Assembly (NCBI GenBank): GCA_034005205.1
Contig: JAVEVD010000001.1
Location: 33,197-97,196, forward strand
Direction of reading: 5' to 3'
Length of the DNA stretch: 64,000 bases
Source: Steroidobacteraceae bacterium
GTDB taxonomy: Bacteria > Pseudomonadota > Gammaproteobacteria > Steroidobacterales > Steroidobacteraceae
A program made the translations under genes and the position numbers. Under the pieces are notes generated by a model that was not told the DNA's origin, did no database searches, and saw only the letters and a program-made list of their open reading frames with translations. This document shows positions 18,437 through 27,371 of this stretch, piece by piece (the stretch's first letter is position 1; each line of letters opens with the position of its first letter).

Positions 18437-18919
18437 GTGGCCATCAATCTCGACAGACTGGATCGCCGCATACTTGAGCTGCTGCAGCGGGACGGTTCGC
18501 TCACGGCCACGGAGATCGCCGATCGCATCGGCTTGTCCAAGGCGCCGTGCTGGCGGCGCATTCAGCGCTTGCGCGAAGCTGGCGTGATCGCGCGCACGGT
18601 GGCGCTGCTCGATGCAAGAAGCCTTAACCTGGGCACCACGGTTTTCGTGACCATCAGGACCGCCGATCACAGCGCCGCGTGGATGAACAAGTTCATTCGC
18701 GCGGTGCGCGACATGCCCGAGGTGACGGAGATCCATCGACTGAGCGGCGACGCCGACTACCTGCTGCGCGTGATCGTTCCGGACATCGGCGCTTACGACG
18801 CCGTGTACAAGTCGTTGATCGCCGCTTGCGAATTGCTCGACGTGAGTGCGAGCTTCTCGCTGGAAACCATCAAGCACACCACCGAGCTGCCGCTGCGGTA
18901 CGCGCCTTCGAGCGAATGA
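18437..18919 (+). CDS. Lrp/AsnC-family transcriptional regulator
   Basis: 160 aa. HTH LDRLDRRILELLQRDGSLTATEIADRIGLSKAPCWRRIQRLREAGVI plus a C-terminal RAM/AsnC_trans_reg region. Confidence 0.9.
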   Translation: MAINLDRLDRRILELLQRDGSLTATEIADRIGLSKAPCWRRIQRLREAGVIARTVALLDARSLNLGTTVFVTIRTADHSAAWMNKFIRAVRDMPEVTEIHRLSGDADYLLRVIVPDIGAYDAVYKSLIAACELLDVSASFSLETIKHTTELPLRYAPSSE

Positions 18920-18937
18920 GCTCGGTGAACGGGTCGA

Positions 18938-19285
18938 TCAGAAAGAGCGACCGTCCACCGCCACGCGCTTCAGCGCCGACAGATCGACTCCCTCCAGACA
19001 GCGCACGTTGACCGCCGCGGTCGCTTTGCCGCTGCTGTCGGCGCCAAAGCCGAAGGGCGCGCAGCCGCAGGTGGGACAAAAGTGATGTCTGATGACGTGC
19101 TTGTTGAACGTATAGACGGCAAGCGCATCTTCCGGACAGTTCAACGTGACGCTCGAACGAGGCAGGAACCACAGCAAGTAGCCCTTACGGCTGCAATGCG
19201 AGCAGTTGCATTCGATCACCTGCTCGAGATCGCCGTCCGCCTCGAACGTAATGCGCCCGCAATGGCACTTGCCCTGATACCTCAT
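18938..19285 (-). CDS. GFA-family (glutathione-dependent formaldehyde-activating/CENP-V-like) zinc protein
   Basis: Start at the internal Met (MRYQGKCHCGRITFEADGDLEQVIECNCSHCSRKGYL...). Cys pattern CHCG...CNCSHC...CPTCG is typical of the GFA fold. Confidence 0.8.
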   Translation of the reverse strand: MRYQGKCHCGRITFEADGDLEQVIECNCSHCSRKGYLLWFLPRSSVTLNCPEDALAVYTFNKHVIRHHFCPTCGCAPFGFGADSSGKATAAVNVRCLEGVDLSALKRVAVDGRSF

Positions 19286-19557
19286 GACGCTGCCTCCCGC
19301 CGGATGACGCAGATCCTGCTCGCAGCGCTTCGGCCTATCAAGCATTGGAACGCGGGTTCAGGGGGCGAACGAGGACGCCGCTTTCGGGGCCGAATTTGCG
19401 AATCTGGAAAACCGGTCCTTGCGCTGGAGTCAACTGTTGCTGTAACGCGACAGACGGCTCGCAATGCAGCGTTTTACTTCGTTAGAATGTGGCCCGCCGG
19501 CAACGCGCTGGCCGGCGCCGGTCACCGGCGCTGACTCTCATCACTAGGAGACTCTGA

Positions 19558-20127
19558 ATGCAACGACGCACACTGAGCGTGCTGGCTGCGCTCGCGGCCG
19601 CGCTGCCCCTGGCGAGCCAGGCCGGGACGATGGATTACACCTTCGTCGAGCTTGGCTACGTGGACGCAGAAGTGGACGACTTCGACGTGGATGGCGACGG
19701 CTTCGAGTTGCGCGGCTCAGTCGCTTTCCATCCGAACTTCTTCGCGTTCGCCGAGTATCAGGACCTGGGCCTGGACGGCGGCGCAGACGTCACGACCATG
19801 CAGGTCGGCGTAGGCGGACGCTACGCGCTGAACGACAAGCTGGATCTGGTCGGCCGCTTGGGCGTGGTGCGGGCGGACCTGGAATGGCGCCGCTTCAACC
19901 TGGACGAGGACGAGGACGGCTTCACCATCGGCGCATATCTGCGCGGCGAAGTCTTGCCGAAGCTGGAGGTGAAGGGCGGTTTCGATTACGTCGACATGGA
20001 CAGCGGCGATGACACTGCCGTGACGCTCGAAGGCCGCTACTTCTTCCTCGACAACCTGTCAGGCGGACTGCGGCTGTCTTTCGGCGACATCGACGTCGTC
20101 GGCGTCGGGCTGCGCATGACGTTCTGA
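19558..20127 (+). CDS. Small acidic outer-membrane beta-barrel protein (OmpA-like barrel / OMP_b-brl type)
   Basis: 189 aa. Signal peptide MQRRTLSVLAALAAALPLASQA. Alternating amphipathic strands, Asp/Glu-rich loops, C-terminal ...GLRMTF. AGGAG ribosome-binding site (RBS). Confidence 0.75.
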   Translation: MQRRTLSVLAALAAALPLASQAGTMDYTFVELGYVDAEVDDFDVDGDGFELRGSVAFHPNFFAFAEYQDLGLDGGADVTTMQVGVGGRYALNDKLDLVGRLGVVRADLEWRRFNLDEDEDGFTIGAYLRGEVLPKLEVKGGFDYVDMDSGDDTAVTLEGRYFFLDNLSGGLRLSFGDIDVVGVGLRMTF

Positions 20128-20182
20128 TCCGCTGCAGATCGTCTGCGCCGCCCGCAGCAGCCGGCGGCGCAGATCCAATCAG

Positions 20183-20209
20183 GGGCGCGGCGTCAGTCGC
20201 GCCCTTTTT
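20183..20209 (+). terminator. Rho-independent terminator after the OMP gene
   Basis: GGGCGCG (20183-20189), 8-nt loop, CGCGCCC (20198-20204), TTTTT (20205-20209). It is preceded by a second 11-bp hairpin, TCTGCGCCGCC / GGCGGCGCAGA (20142-20173). Confidence 0.75.
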
Positions 20210-20288
20210 GCTTCGCTTTCCGCCTCCGCTTCCTGTTTTGCGCTTACCCGGACGGCGCCGCTCAGAGCGCCCCGCTGCTCGCCCATCT

Positions 20289-20600
20289 TCAGAATTCGGC
20301 GAACGAAGCCTCCAGAATCTCCCCTTCCGCCGCGCAACCGATTTCCCGCACGGAGTTCGGCGTCGAATAGAAGCGATCGGTCAGATCCTTGCCGCCGGCC
20401 GCCCGCCAGCGCACTGTCGCCGCCACCGTCTTGTACGTGTGCGAGTTAGTGAGCCACAGGCGCTGATTCTGCTCGTCACAGGCGCCTTCCAGCTTCAGGG
20501 ACACGAAGGTGTCTGGCGCCGGCTCTTCGGAAGCTTGCAGCCCGGGGACTGCCGCCGCCAACGCCGTCAGCGCTGCGGCGATACATGCGGGTTTGCTCAC
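20289..20600 (-). CDS. Small secreted hypothetical protein
   Basis: GTG at 20600 preceded by AAAGGGG. Product VSKPACIAAALTALAAAVPGLQASEEP... has a signal peptide and two Cys pairs. No family recognised. Confidence 0.5.
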   Translation of the reverse strand: MSKPACIAAALTALAAAVPGLQASEEPAPDTFVSLKLEGACDEQNQRLWLTNSHTYKTVAATVRWRAAGGKDLTDRFYSTPNSVREIGCAAEGEILEASFAEF

Positions 20601-21133
20601 GGTCCACCCCTTTCGCGTTGTGTACGCGCATCGATCACGCTGCGCGAACCCGAAGCTGTCAGGCTCGGGCGCAAGCAGCCTCTGCCTTGCGCCGCGCGCA
20701 GTCGCGCCCATGACGCGCAATGGCCGAAATATAGACTCTCTGGCCAGCGCGCGCGTGACGCTGCGCGCATTCGCGCGCGGCGACTGCAGGAATTATCCCC
20801 TCCGCCGAGGCGAGTTTGGAGACGATCAGACGCGCCTGACCCGGCCCCGACGTGTGAAGCGCGTCACAAACGCCCGCAGCTTGCGCCGCAGCAGACCGCC
20901 GAACGCTCGCGCAGGCTGCGGCTTGATTCTGTCCCTGTTTCTATCCCGTATGACGGAACCAGAGCAGTCCCATACGACTGAACCAGGGCCGGGCCGGCGC
21001 ATGTGCGCATAACGATTCTGTATCGCTACGTAGACCGCGCAGGGCGCCACAGCCGCTATCATCCAGGAACTTCGCGGATCGTCGGTACGTTCGCGAAGCT
21101 ACTCCTTTGGTACACACACGATCAGGAGCCGCC

Positions 21134-21745
21134 ATGGCGTTCACGCTCAATCCGTTGCCGTTCCCCAAAGACTCTCTGGGTCCGACGATGTCGGCGCGCA
21201 CCCTGGAGCATCATCACGACAAGCACCACGCCAACTACGTGAACAAGCTCAACGAGCTGGTCGCCGGAAGCGAGTTCGAAGGTCAGAGCCTCGAAGCCGT
21301 CATCCGCGCCACCGCCGGCGGCGAGGGCAAGCAGCGCAAGATCTTCAACAACGCTGCGCAGGTATGGAACCACGATTTCTTCTGGCAGTCGCTCGCGCCG
21401 AACGGCGGCGGCCAGGCGCCCGAGCCGGTGCGCAAGCGCATCGAAGCGACGTTCGGCTCGCACGACAACTTCCGCGACAAGTTCGTCGAAGCCGCCGTGA
21501 ACCAGTTCGGCAGCGGCTGGGCGTGGCTGACGCTCAAGGACGGCAAGCTCGAAATCGTCACCACGCACGATGCGGACAATCCGCTGACCTCGGGCGCGCA
21601 CGCGCTGTGGACGTGCGACGTCTGGGAGCACGCCTACTATCTCGACTATCAGCAGGACCGGGCCCGCTTCGTGAAAGCGGTGATCGAGAATCTGGCGAAC
21701 TGGCAATTCGTGGGCAAGCGCCTGGTCGAGGCCGAGAAGAAGTGA
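21134..21745 (+). CDS. sodB: Iron superoxide dismutase
   Basis: ATG at 21134 after AGGAG. MAFTLNPLPFPKDSLGPTMSARTLEHHHDKHH..., AAQVWNHDFFW and DVWEHAYYLDY are collinear with E. coli SodB as I recall it. Confidence 0.95.
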   Translation: MAFTLNPLPFPKDSLGPTMSARTLEHHHDKHHANYVNKLNELVAGSEFEGQSLEAVIRATAGGEGKQRKIFNNAAQVWNHDFFWQSLAPNGGGQAPEPVRKRIEATFGSHDNFRDKFVEAAVNQFGSGWAWLTLKDGKLEIVTTHDADNPLTSGAHALWTCDVWEHAYYLDYQQDRARFVKAVIENLANWQFVGKRLVEAEKK

Positions 21746-21751
21746 AGCCTG

Positions 21752-21785
21752 CCCGCCCGAAGCGCCGCAGCGCGCTTCGGGCGGG
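21752..21785 (+). terminator. 14-bp GC-rich hairpin after sodB (terminator candidate, no strong T-run)
   Basis: CCCGCCCGAAGCGC (21752-21765), 6-nt loop, GCGCTTCGGGCGGG (21772-21785). Confidence 0.5.
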
Positions 21786-21799
21786 TCTCGGCGGCTGAC

Positions 21800-22216
21800 C
21801 TACGTAATCGCCCAACTTCCCGCGCCGCCGAGACCCTCGCAACATCGCATGACGCTGCGCGCCGCACGCTCATGCATCCGAATCACGTAAACCGCACCGA
21901 ATCGGCGATCTACTGGGGCGCCGTCGGCCTGATCGTCTGCGAAGGCCTGTCGATCGGCAAGGCTGCCGAGCGGCTCGGCGTCGACGACGACGAGCTTCGC
22001 GCCATCGTTCACCGCCGCCAGAAAATAGGACACGCGGCGCAGCACCGCCGCAGCGTAGAGACTCATCGTCTGCGCACCTGATCGTCGGCGCGCAATCGCG
22101 AATCCTTCCGTCGGATCGCCCGCCAGGGCGCGCAGCCGGCGCAGCCGTTCGGAACGACCGTCGGTCGACGGCGACGCGACAAGCGCCGAGGCTTGGCCCT
22201 GCTCGGAGTCGTTCAC
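21800..22216 (-). CDS. Hypothetical protein (strand assignment uncertain)
   Basis: 138-aa ORF with GTG start. G/C-rich third positions along its whole length. An overlapping 69-aa plus-strand ORF shares the same codon register (GNC-type symmetric codons), so coding strand is ambiguous. Confidence 0.3.
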   Translation of the reverse strand: MNDSEQGQASALVASPSTDGRSERLRRLRALAGDPTEGFAIARRRSGAQTMSLYAAAVLRRVSYFLAAVNDGAKLVVVDAEPLGSLADRQAFADDQADGAPVDRRFGAVYVIRMHERAARSVMRCCEGLGGAGSWAIT

Positions 22217-22284
22217 ACGCTGGTCAGCGCGACGCGAATAGGCGCTGATGCATAATCGCCGCTTCGCATCGGGAGAGCGGCGCG

Positions 22285-23157
22285 GTGACGGCCAAGGCGA
22301 ACACGATTTCTTCCAAGCGCGGCGCAGATCGGCCGAGACCGAAGCACATACTGGCGTTCCTGTCCTTCGCGACGCCTGGCGCTTTCGCCGCAGAAACGCT
22401 GCCCGACTGGGCGCCGCAGCCGCCCCCGAGAATCATGGAAGATCGCCTGCGCGCCGAGGTGCTGCTGCTGGGCGCCGAACTCGACACGAAGCTGCGCGTC
22501 GATCAATCGCTCGACCAGCCGGGCACGCTGATCGACGCGGAGCGCGACCTGGGTCTGGAAAGAACGGAATGGCTGCCGATGGTGGAGCTCACCCTGTTGC
22601 CGGGCGAACGACATCTCGTGCGCCTGAGCGGCCTGGGCGTACGGCGCTCAGCCCAGGCGACGCTCACACGTCAGATCGACTTCGACGACCAGGCGTACTT
22701 CGCCGGGGAGCGCGTCGACAGCGAAATCAACCTGACCATGTTCGGCCTGGCGTACGGCTACCGGTTTCTCGTTCGCGAACGCGCCGAGCTGACCGGGACA
22801 TTCGGCGTACAGATCACCGAAGTCGAAGCAAACGCGGTGGTGCGCAGCCGCGTGGTGCGAGATGCGGACAGCGCAGCGGCGCCGTTGCCGTTCCTGGGCA
22901 TGGAGGGGCGATACGATTTCACGCCCCGTTGGTCCGTCGAAGCTCGCCTGCAATATCTGAGCGCGGACATCGAGCAAGTTGACGGCGAGATCTTCGATGC
23001 ACGCCTCGCCGTCACGTGGCGCATGAATCCTTACCTGGTGTTCGGTCTCGGCTATCGCACGTTCGCCGCCGAAGTCGACTCGCGCGATGAGGACACGCCC
23101 GGGCTCGTGGACCTGGATTTGTCAGGCGCCCTCGCATTCGTGCGAGCCAGCCTGTAG
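22285..23157 (+). CDS. Hypothetical secreted protein, probable outer-membrane beta-barrel
   Basis: 290 aa. Signal-like KHILAFLSFATPGAFAAE. C-terminal two-thirds shows alternating strand pattern (FGLAYGYRF, LTGTFGVQITEVEA, YLVFGLGYRTFAAEV, ALAFVRASL). Confidence 0.55.
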   Translation: MTAKANTISSKRGADRPRPKHILAFLSFATPGAFAAETLPDWAPQPPPRIMEDRLRAEVLLLGAELDTKLRVDQSLDQPGTLIDAERDLGLERTEWLPMVELTLLPGERHLVRLSGLGVRRSAQATLTRQIDFDDQAYFAGERVDSEINLTMFGLAYGYRFLVRERAELTGTFGVQITEVEANAVVRSRVVRDADSAAAPLPFLGMEGRYDFTPRWSVEARLQYLSADIEQVDGEIFDARLAVTWRMNPYLVFGLGYRTFAAEVDSRDEDTPGLVDLDLSGALAFVRASL

Positions 23158-23258
23158 ACGGTCGATGGCGCGCGAGCGCGCAGCACGGCGCCTGCACGCC
23201 AAGTGCGCCGCGGCGCTCCACTGCGCGGGCGTAACGATCCCAGCCAAATCGATCGATA

Positions 23259-23675
23259 TCAGCGGCTTTCGGCTTCGGGCTTTGGCTCGGCGGGACGGGT
23301 CTCGACCGGCTGCAGGATGACTACGCCAGGCTGCTGCTGTATGCGCTCGGGCGGCGGCTGCGTTTGTTCCTGCTGCGGCGGCGAGGCGTAAATCAAGTTG
23401 ACCTTCTGAAAAACGCGCAGGAATGCATCCACCGCGCCGAAAATGAGCACCACAGGCGCCATGGCGATCAGCAGAATGACGGCCCAGCGCAGCGGCGCCG
23501 GCTTCTTCGCTTGTCGATCGCGATCGCGCTCGATCTCCATGGTTTCCTGGGCGCGCAGCTGCACGGCGCGCTGCAGGTCAGACTGCGGGCGCTCGAACGG
23601 CAGGATGCGCGCCGACCTATGATCGGAGGATTCCGGCGCTGACTGCTCGATGCGATCTTCGGAGTGCTGACTCAT
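23259..23675 (-). CDS. Hypothetical single-pass membrane protein
   Basis: 138 aa. Charged N-terminus, TM WAVILLIAMAPVVLIFGAV, Gln/Pro-rich C-terminus. Confidence 0.5.
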   Translation of the reverse strand: MSQHSEDRIEQSAPESSDHRSARILPFERPQSDLQRAVQLRAQETMEIERDRDRQAKKPAPLRWAVILLIAMAPVVLIFGAVDAFLRVFQKVNLIYASPPQQEQTQPPPERIQQQPGVVILQPVETRPAEPKPEAESR

Positions 23676-23881
23676 GAGCAGGACTCGATGGGGAAGCGTG
23701 GCGGCGACGTCCCAGTGTACCCCGCCGCGGCTGTATCAGAAGACCGTGCTTTCGACCACCTGGTTCCGCACCGGCCGCAACCCGTAGGGAAAAAACGGAG
23801 CGTCATCCGCACAGGCGCCTGGCGCAGCAAGCGCCGGCTCTCCCGCCGGGCCTTGGCTTCGCCCGAGGCTGCGGGTCGCAA

Positions 23882-23929
23882 TTGCGGCTCACTCGCGTTG
23901 CGGCTCACTCACATTACGGCTCACAAGTG
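23882..23929. repeat. Three tandem 16-nt units TTGCGGCTCACTCGCG / TTGCGGCTCACTCACA / TTACGGCTCACAAGTG
   Basis: Read directly. The third unit contains the last codons and the stop (23921-23923) of the PLD gene. A degenerate fourth unit may lie at about 23868-23881. Confidence 0.75.
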
Positions 23930-25447
23930 CGACTCTATCGGCAGCCCGCTCAACACGCAGGTGAGCAGACGTCGTCCCAGGCTCGCATGGGGATCGCGCG
24001 TGTGCTCTACGGTGCGCCCGTCGCACTCCTCACTCCAGCGTGTGCCTCCGCTCGCGTCCAGCGACAGCCGATAGCTGCGCCGCGGGGAGATGGCCGATGC
24101 GAACGCATCGCGCAGCTCACGCACCAGCGGCGCAGCATCCAACCACACACCCATTTCGCAATTCAATTGCGCGGAACGCGGATCCAGGTTGAACGAGCCG
24201 ACCAGGATGCGCGCATCATCCACCACGATCGCTTTCGTATGCAGACTGGCGCGCGAAGCGCCGACGCCTATGCGCCGCTCGTCCAGCCCCGCCGCGGACG
24301 CTTTCAGCTCATACAACTCGATTCCGCCGTCGATGAGGGCGTTGCGGTAACGTGAATAGCCGCTGTGCACGGCGGCTACGTCGGTCGCGGCGAGCGAGTT
24401 GGTCAGAATGACGACGCGTACGCCCCGGCGGGCGATCTGGCGCAGCGTCGCCGTTCCGCCCGGTCCGGGGACCAGATAGGGCGATATGATGAGCAGCTCG
24501 CGCCGTGCGCTTTCGAACGCTGCGACCACTTCTTCCAGCACGCCAGGACGGCGTGACCGCCCGCGCTGCGCCTTGCGCGGGTCGTCGGCCACGATGCGCA
24601 CCCCCGACCACTCGAGGCGCCGCAAACCGTCCAGCCCATCGGGCGGTATGTCCGCGGGCGCGGGCGTCGCGCTCGCACTCGGCTGCGCGGCGTTCGCTGC
24701 GGCGACCCGGGCGCGCAACGCGTCCAGAGTGAGCTGAGTGCGCCGCAGTCGGCGAAAGCGTCGAATGGGCCTGACTGTCTTGCTGTTCCAGTATTCCTCG
24801 AACACGTCGATCGCATCTTCGACGGCGCGGCCGACCACCGCGACGTCCATGTCGATGAAGTTCATATCGTCGCTCGCGGCGAAGTACTCATCGCCGATGT
24901 TGCGCCCGCCCACGATGGCGAGCCGGCCGTCGACGATCCAGCTCTTGTTGTGCATGCGGTGATTGAGGCGCGAGGCGCGCACCAGCAGCTCGCGTGCGGT
25001 TCGCAGCACGCCATGACGCGTGCGAAACGGATTGAATACTCGCACCTCGATTTCCTTGTGACGGTCGAACGCCACGAGGAGCTGGTCGCGCGAGCGCGCA
25101 TCCATGTCGTCGAGCAACAGACGCACATGCACGCCGCGATCAGCCGCATGCAGCAGCTCCTGAACAAGCAGGCGGCCGCTGGAATCGTTGCGCCAAATGT
25201 AATACTGCAGATCGATGCTGCGGACCGCGGCCCGCGCGCTTGCCGCTCTGATCGCGAGCGCCTCGGCGCCCTGAGACAACAGCCGCGCACCGCTTTTTCC
25301 GGGATGCTCTGCGATCTGCGGAGCAAGCAGCCGGTCCAGAGGGGACAGTGCAGCGACCTCCGACGATGGGAAAAACAGCGTCATGATCGGAATTGTGGTT
25401 GCGCTGGGCGAACGCTGAACGAGCGCTGTCCGATAGAACGGCGGCAT
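23921..25447 (-). CDS. Phospholipase D / cardiolipin-synthase-like family protein (two HKD motifs)
   Basis: 508 aa. HKD motifs HNKSWIVDGRLAIVGGRNIGDEY and HTKAIVVDDARILVGSFNLDPRS. An alternative start lies at 25384 (MTLFFPSS...). Confidence 0.9.
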   Translation of the reverse strand: MPPFYRTALVQRSPSATTIPIMTLFFPSSEVAALSPLDRLLAPQIAEHPGKSGARLLSQGAEALAIRAASARAAVRSIDLQYYIWRNDSSGRLLVQELLHAADRGVHVRLLLDDMDARSRDQLLVAFDRHKEIEVRVFNPFRTRHGVLRTARELLVRASRLNHRMHNKSWIVDGRLAIVGGRNIGDEYFAASDDMNFIDMDVAVVGRAVEDAIDVFEEYWNSKTVRPIRRFRRLRRTQLTLDALRARVAAANAAQPSASATPAPADIPPDGLDGLRRLEWSGVRIVADDPRKAQRGRSRRPGVLEEVVAAFESARRELLIISPYLVPGPGGTATLRQIARRGVRVVILTNSLAATDVAAVHSGYSRYRNALIDGGIELYELKASAAGLDERRIGVGASRASLHTKAIVVDDARILVGSFNLDPRSAQLNCEMGVWLDAAPLVRELRDAFASAISPRRSYRLSLDASGGTRWSEECDGRTVEHTRDPHASLGRRLLTCVLSGLPIESHL

Positions 25448-25689
25448 CGTTCAGCGCTTGCCTGGCGTCTGCGCTGATGGAACGACGACCGCCCGATTCT
25501 AGGCAAGCTGTCTCCAACGCACTACCCTGCCGCTTCAGGCCGAGAAATGCCTGAAATGCGCCGCGTTTCGAGCGCCTGCAGACGCGCAAGCAGGTGGTTC
25601 AGCCGTCCTTGGGGCGCACGACGTGCGCCGCGCGGCGCAAGACTCCCACAAAGCCGTTGTCCGTCCCGGCGCGCGTCCGGCGAGGGCGC

Positions 25690-26091
25690 TCACAGACTGG
25701 GCGTCACCCCACTGGCGTGCGTCTTCTCATAGTGCTCTTGACAGACGATGCAACGCGCAGCCGTCGGTTCGGCCTCCAAGCGCGCCAGCGAGATCGGCTG
25801 CCTGCAGTTGATGCAGTCGCCGTAAGCGCCGCTCCTCAGTCGCAGGAGCGCTTCGTCGATCCGGCGCAGCTCCTCCGCATCGCGCTCGATTTCGGCGAAG
25901 TTCAGATCGACGATCAGGTTCGAGAAAGAATCGTCCTCGATGTCGCGCGCGCGCTCGGCGATTCTCACGTGGGTTTCGTCCGAAGAGCGCTCGAGCGTGC
26001 TCCGGATCTCGCTGCGCAGCTGGTCGGCGCGCTCTCGCAGCTGGGTCTCAAACTGCACTGTCTGTTCGGAGCTGAGCGGCATGACGGTCAC
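25690..26091 (-). CDS. DksA/TraR-family C4 zinc-finger protein
   Basis: 133 aa. Coiled-coil N-half and CINC-x17-CIVC finger. Confidence 0.85.
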   Translation of the reverse strand: MTVMPLSSEQTVQFETQLRERADQLRSEIRSTLERSSDETHVRIAERARDIEDDSFSNLIVDLNFAEIERDAEELRRIDEALLRLRSGAYGDCINCRQPISLARLEAEPTAARCIVCQEHYEKTHASGVTPSL

Positions 26092-26226
26092 CTCGCGCGA
26101 AGAGCGCTCTTGGCGGAACTGCGCTGCACCCTACACGGTTCCGCGCGGCGCTGCACACAGACGCTGGCGCACGCACCGCTATGGCGTTCTGCGGCGCATT
26201 GCTTTACGCCGCCAGATCGACGCCTC

Positions 26227-26763
26227 TCAATCGAGGCGCTTCTCCATCATGATATCGCAACGCGAGTAGCGCGCATCCTGCACCGGCAGCTCCGTGAAGC
26301 CGTACTTGAAGTACATGCCGATTGCGGCTTTGAGTCCGCGTTGTGAGTAGAGAATGACGCGGCGGGCGCCGCGCGAGCGCGCGACGGCGCAGGCCGCCTG
26401 AAGCAGCCGCGCACCGTAGCCGCGGCCTTGCATCCGCTCCTCGACAGCCATCTTGGTGAGTTCGAACTCATGGTCTCGCTCGCGCTTCAACGCCGCCGTG
26501 CCGACCACCTCGCCTTCGAGCAACGCGAACAGCACCTCGCCGCCGTGCGCCAGGATCTCGTTCTCCGGATCTCCGAGCACGCGCTCGTCGATCGGCTCGA
26601 CGCGAAAGTAGCGCTCCAGCCAAGCGACATTCAGGCGGCGGAACTCAGCGCGCAGCGCCGGATCGAACGTGACGATCTGCAAGCCATCGTCGAATGCGAC
26701 GACGACGAGCGCCGGTTGGCCGGCGCTCGCACCTCCCGATGCGTCCTTGTCGAGTACATTCAT
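26227..26763 (-). CDS. GNAT-family N-acetyltransferase
   Basis: Start at the internal Met (MNVLDKD...). Acetyl-CoA motif VEERMQGRGYGARLL. Confidence 0.85.
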   Translation of the reverse strand: MNVLDKDASGGASAGQPALVVVAFDDGLQIVTFDPALRAEFRRLNVAWLERYFRVEPIDERVLGDPENEILAHGGEVLFALLEGEVVGTAALKRERDHEFELTKMAVEERMQGRGYGARLLQAACAVARSRGARRVILYSQRGLKAAIGMYFKYGFTELPVQDARYSRCDIMMEKRLD

Positions 26764-26827
26764 CGCAGGCTCCTTACGAGCAGCGGCTGGAGGCGCCACT
26801 CTGCTCTCATACTGGCCGGCGGTACAG

Positions 26828-27007
26828 TCACGGTCCAGCCGACGCGAGGACGTGCGTGTAAGCCGCAAGCTGCCCGTCGCTCGGCAGCTGGACGATGGAT
26901 ACGACGCCTTCCGGCGCGCGCTGCGCCATCAGCACACTCAGATCCAGGGCGCCCAGCAGGGCGAAGTTGACGGCCAGAGACGCTGCAAAAGCGATAAGAC
27001 GATTCAT
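26828..27007 (-). CDS. Small hypothetical membrane/secreted protein (59 aa)
   Basis: MNRLIAFAASLAVNFALLGALDLSVL... Its start overlaps the stop of the upstream 70-aa ORF (ATGA). Confidence 0.35.
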   Translation of the reverse strand: MNRLIAFAASLAVNFALLGALDLSVLMAQRAPEGVVSIVQLPSDGQLAAYTHVLASAGP

Positions 27008-27216
27008 GACTGCGATCTCCACGTACGGGCGCGCAGCACGCTGCGCGTAGGCCATTGATGCGCGCGCAGGAAATTGCGCACGGCCCGGAAGTATTCGGGC
27101 GACTTGTTGCGGCTCGCCGCAGGCTCAGGTTGCGGTGATGTTGCACGCTGCTGGCGCTCGAGGCGGCGCCGATCCGCCGCCAGCTTCGCCGCAATCGACA
27201 GGGTGTATTCGTCCAT
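27004..27216 (-). CDS. Small hypothetical protein (70 aa)
   Basis: ATG at 27216 preceded by GAAGGAGG. MDEYTLSIAAKLAADRRRLERQQ... G/C-rich third positions. Confidence 0.4.
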   Translation of the reverse strand: MDEYTLSIAAKLAADRRRLERQQRATSPQPEPAASRNKSPEYFRAVRNFLRAHQWPTRSVLRARTWRSQS

Positions 27217-27371
27217 CGGGCCTCCTTCGAGATATGCATCTCGGTCATGGAGGCGTAGCCTAGAGCGCGATCTGAAGCCGCGAAAAGCGATACTTCGGCT
27301 ATCGAATCTCTGACTTGAAGTCATAGCTTTGGAAAGTCACTCGTGACCTGAAGCGAGCAGTTCCGACGCCC

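Noticed and set aside
19484-19489. TAGAAT -10-like hexamers upstream of the OMP gene (about 19484) and of cluster B (about 13601)
   Set aside because: They are plausible sigma-70 -10 boxes, but the -35 matches are weak and spacing is borderline. That is not enough to annotate them as promoters without transcript data.
21872-22081. 69-aa plus-strand ORF with an HTH-looking stretch (LSIGKAAERLGVDDDELRAIV)
   Set aside because: It shares codon boundaries with the longer minus-strand ORF 21800..22216, and symmetric GNC-type codons make both strands look coding. The plus ORF loses GC3 bias after about codon 50 and covers only half of the gap. I kept the minus ORF at low confidence instead. Either could be wrong.
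26227-27216. GNAT gene plus upstream small ORFs as a GNAT-toxin/antitoxin (TacT/AtaT-like) module
   Set aside because: The small ORFs show no RHH or DUF1778-like features that I can see. The gene is separated from them by 64 nt, and the GNAT resembles generic acetyltransferases. This is left only as a low-interest note.
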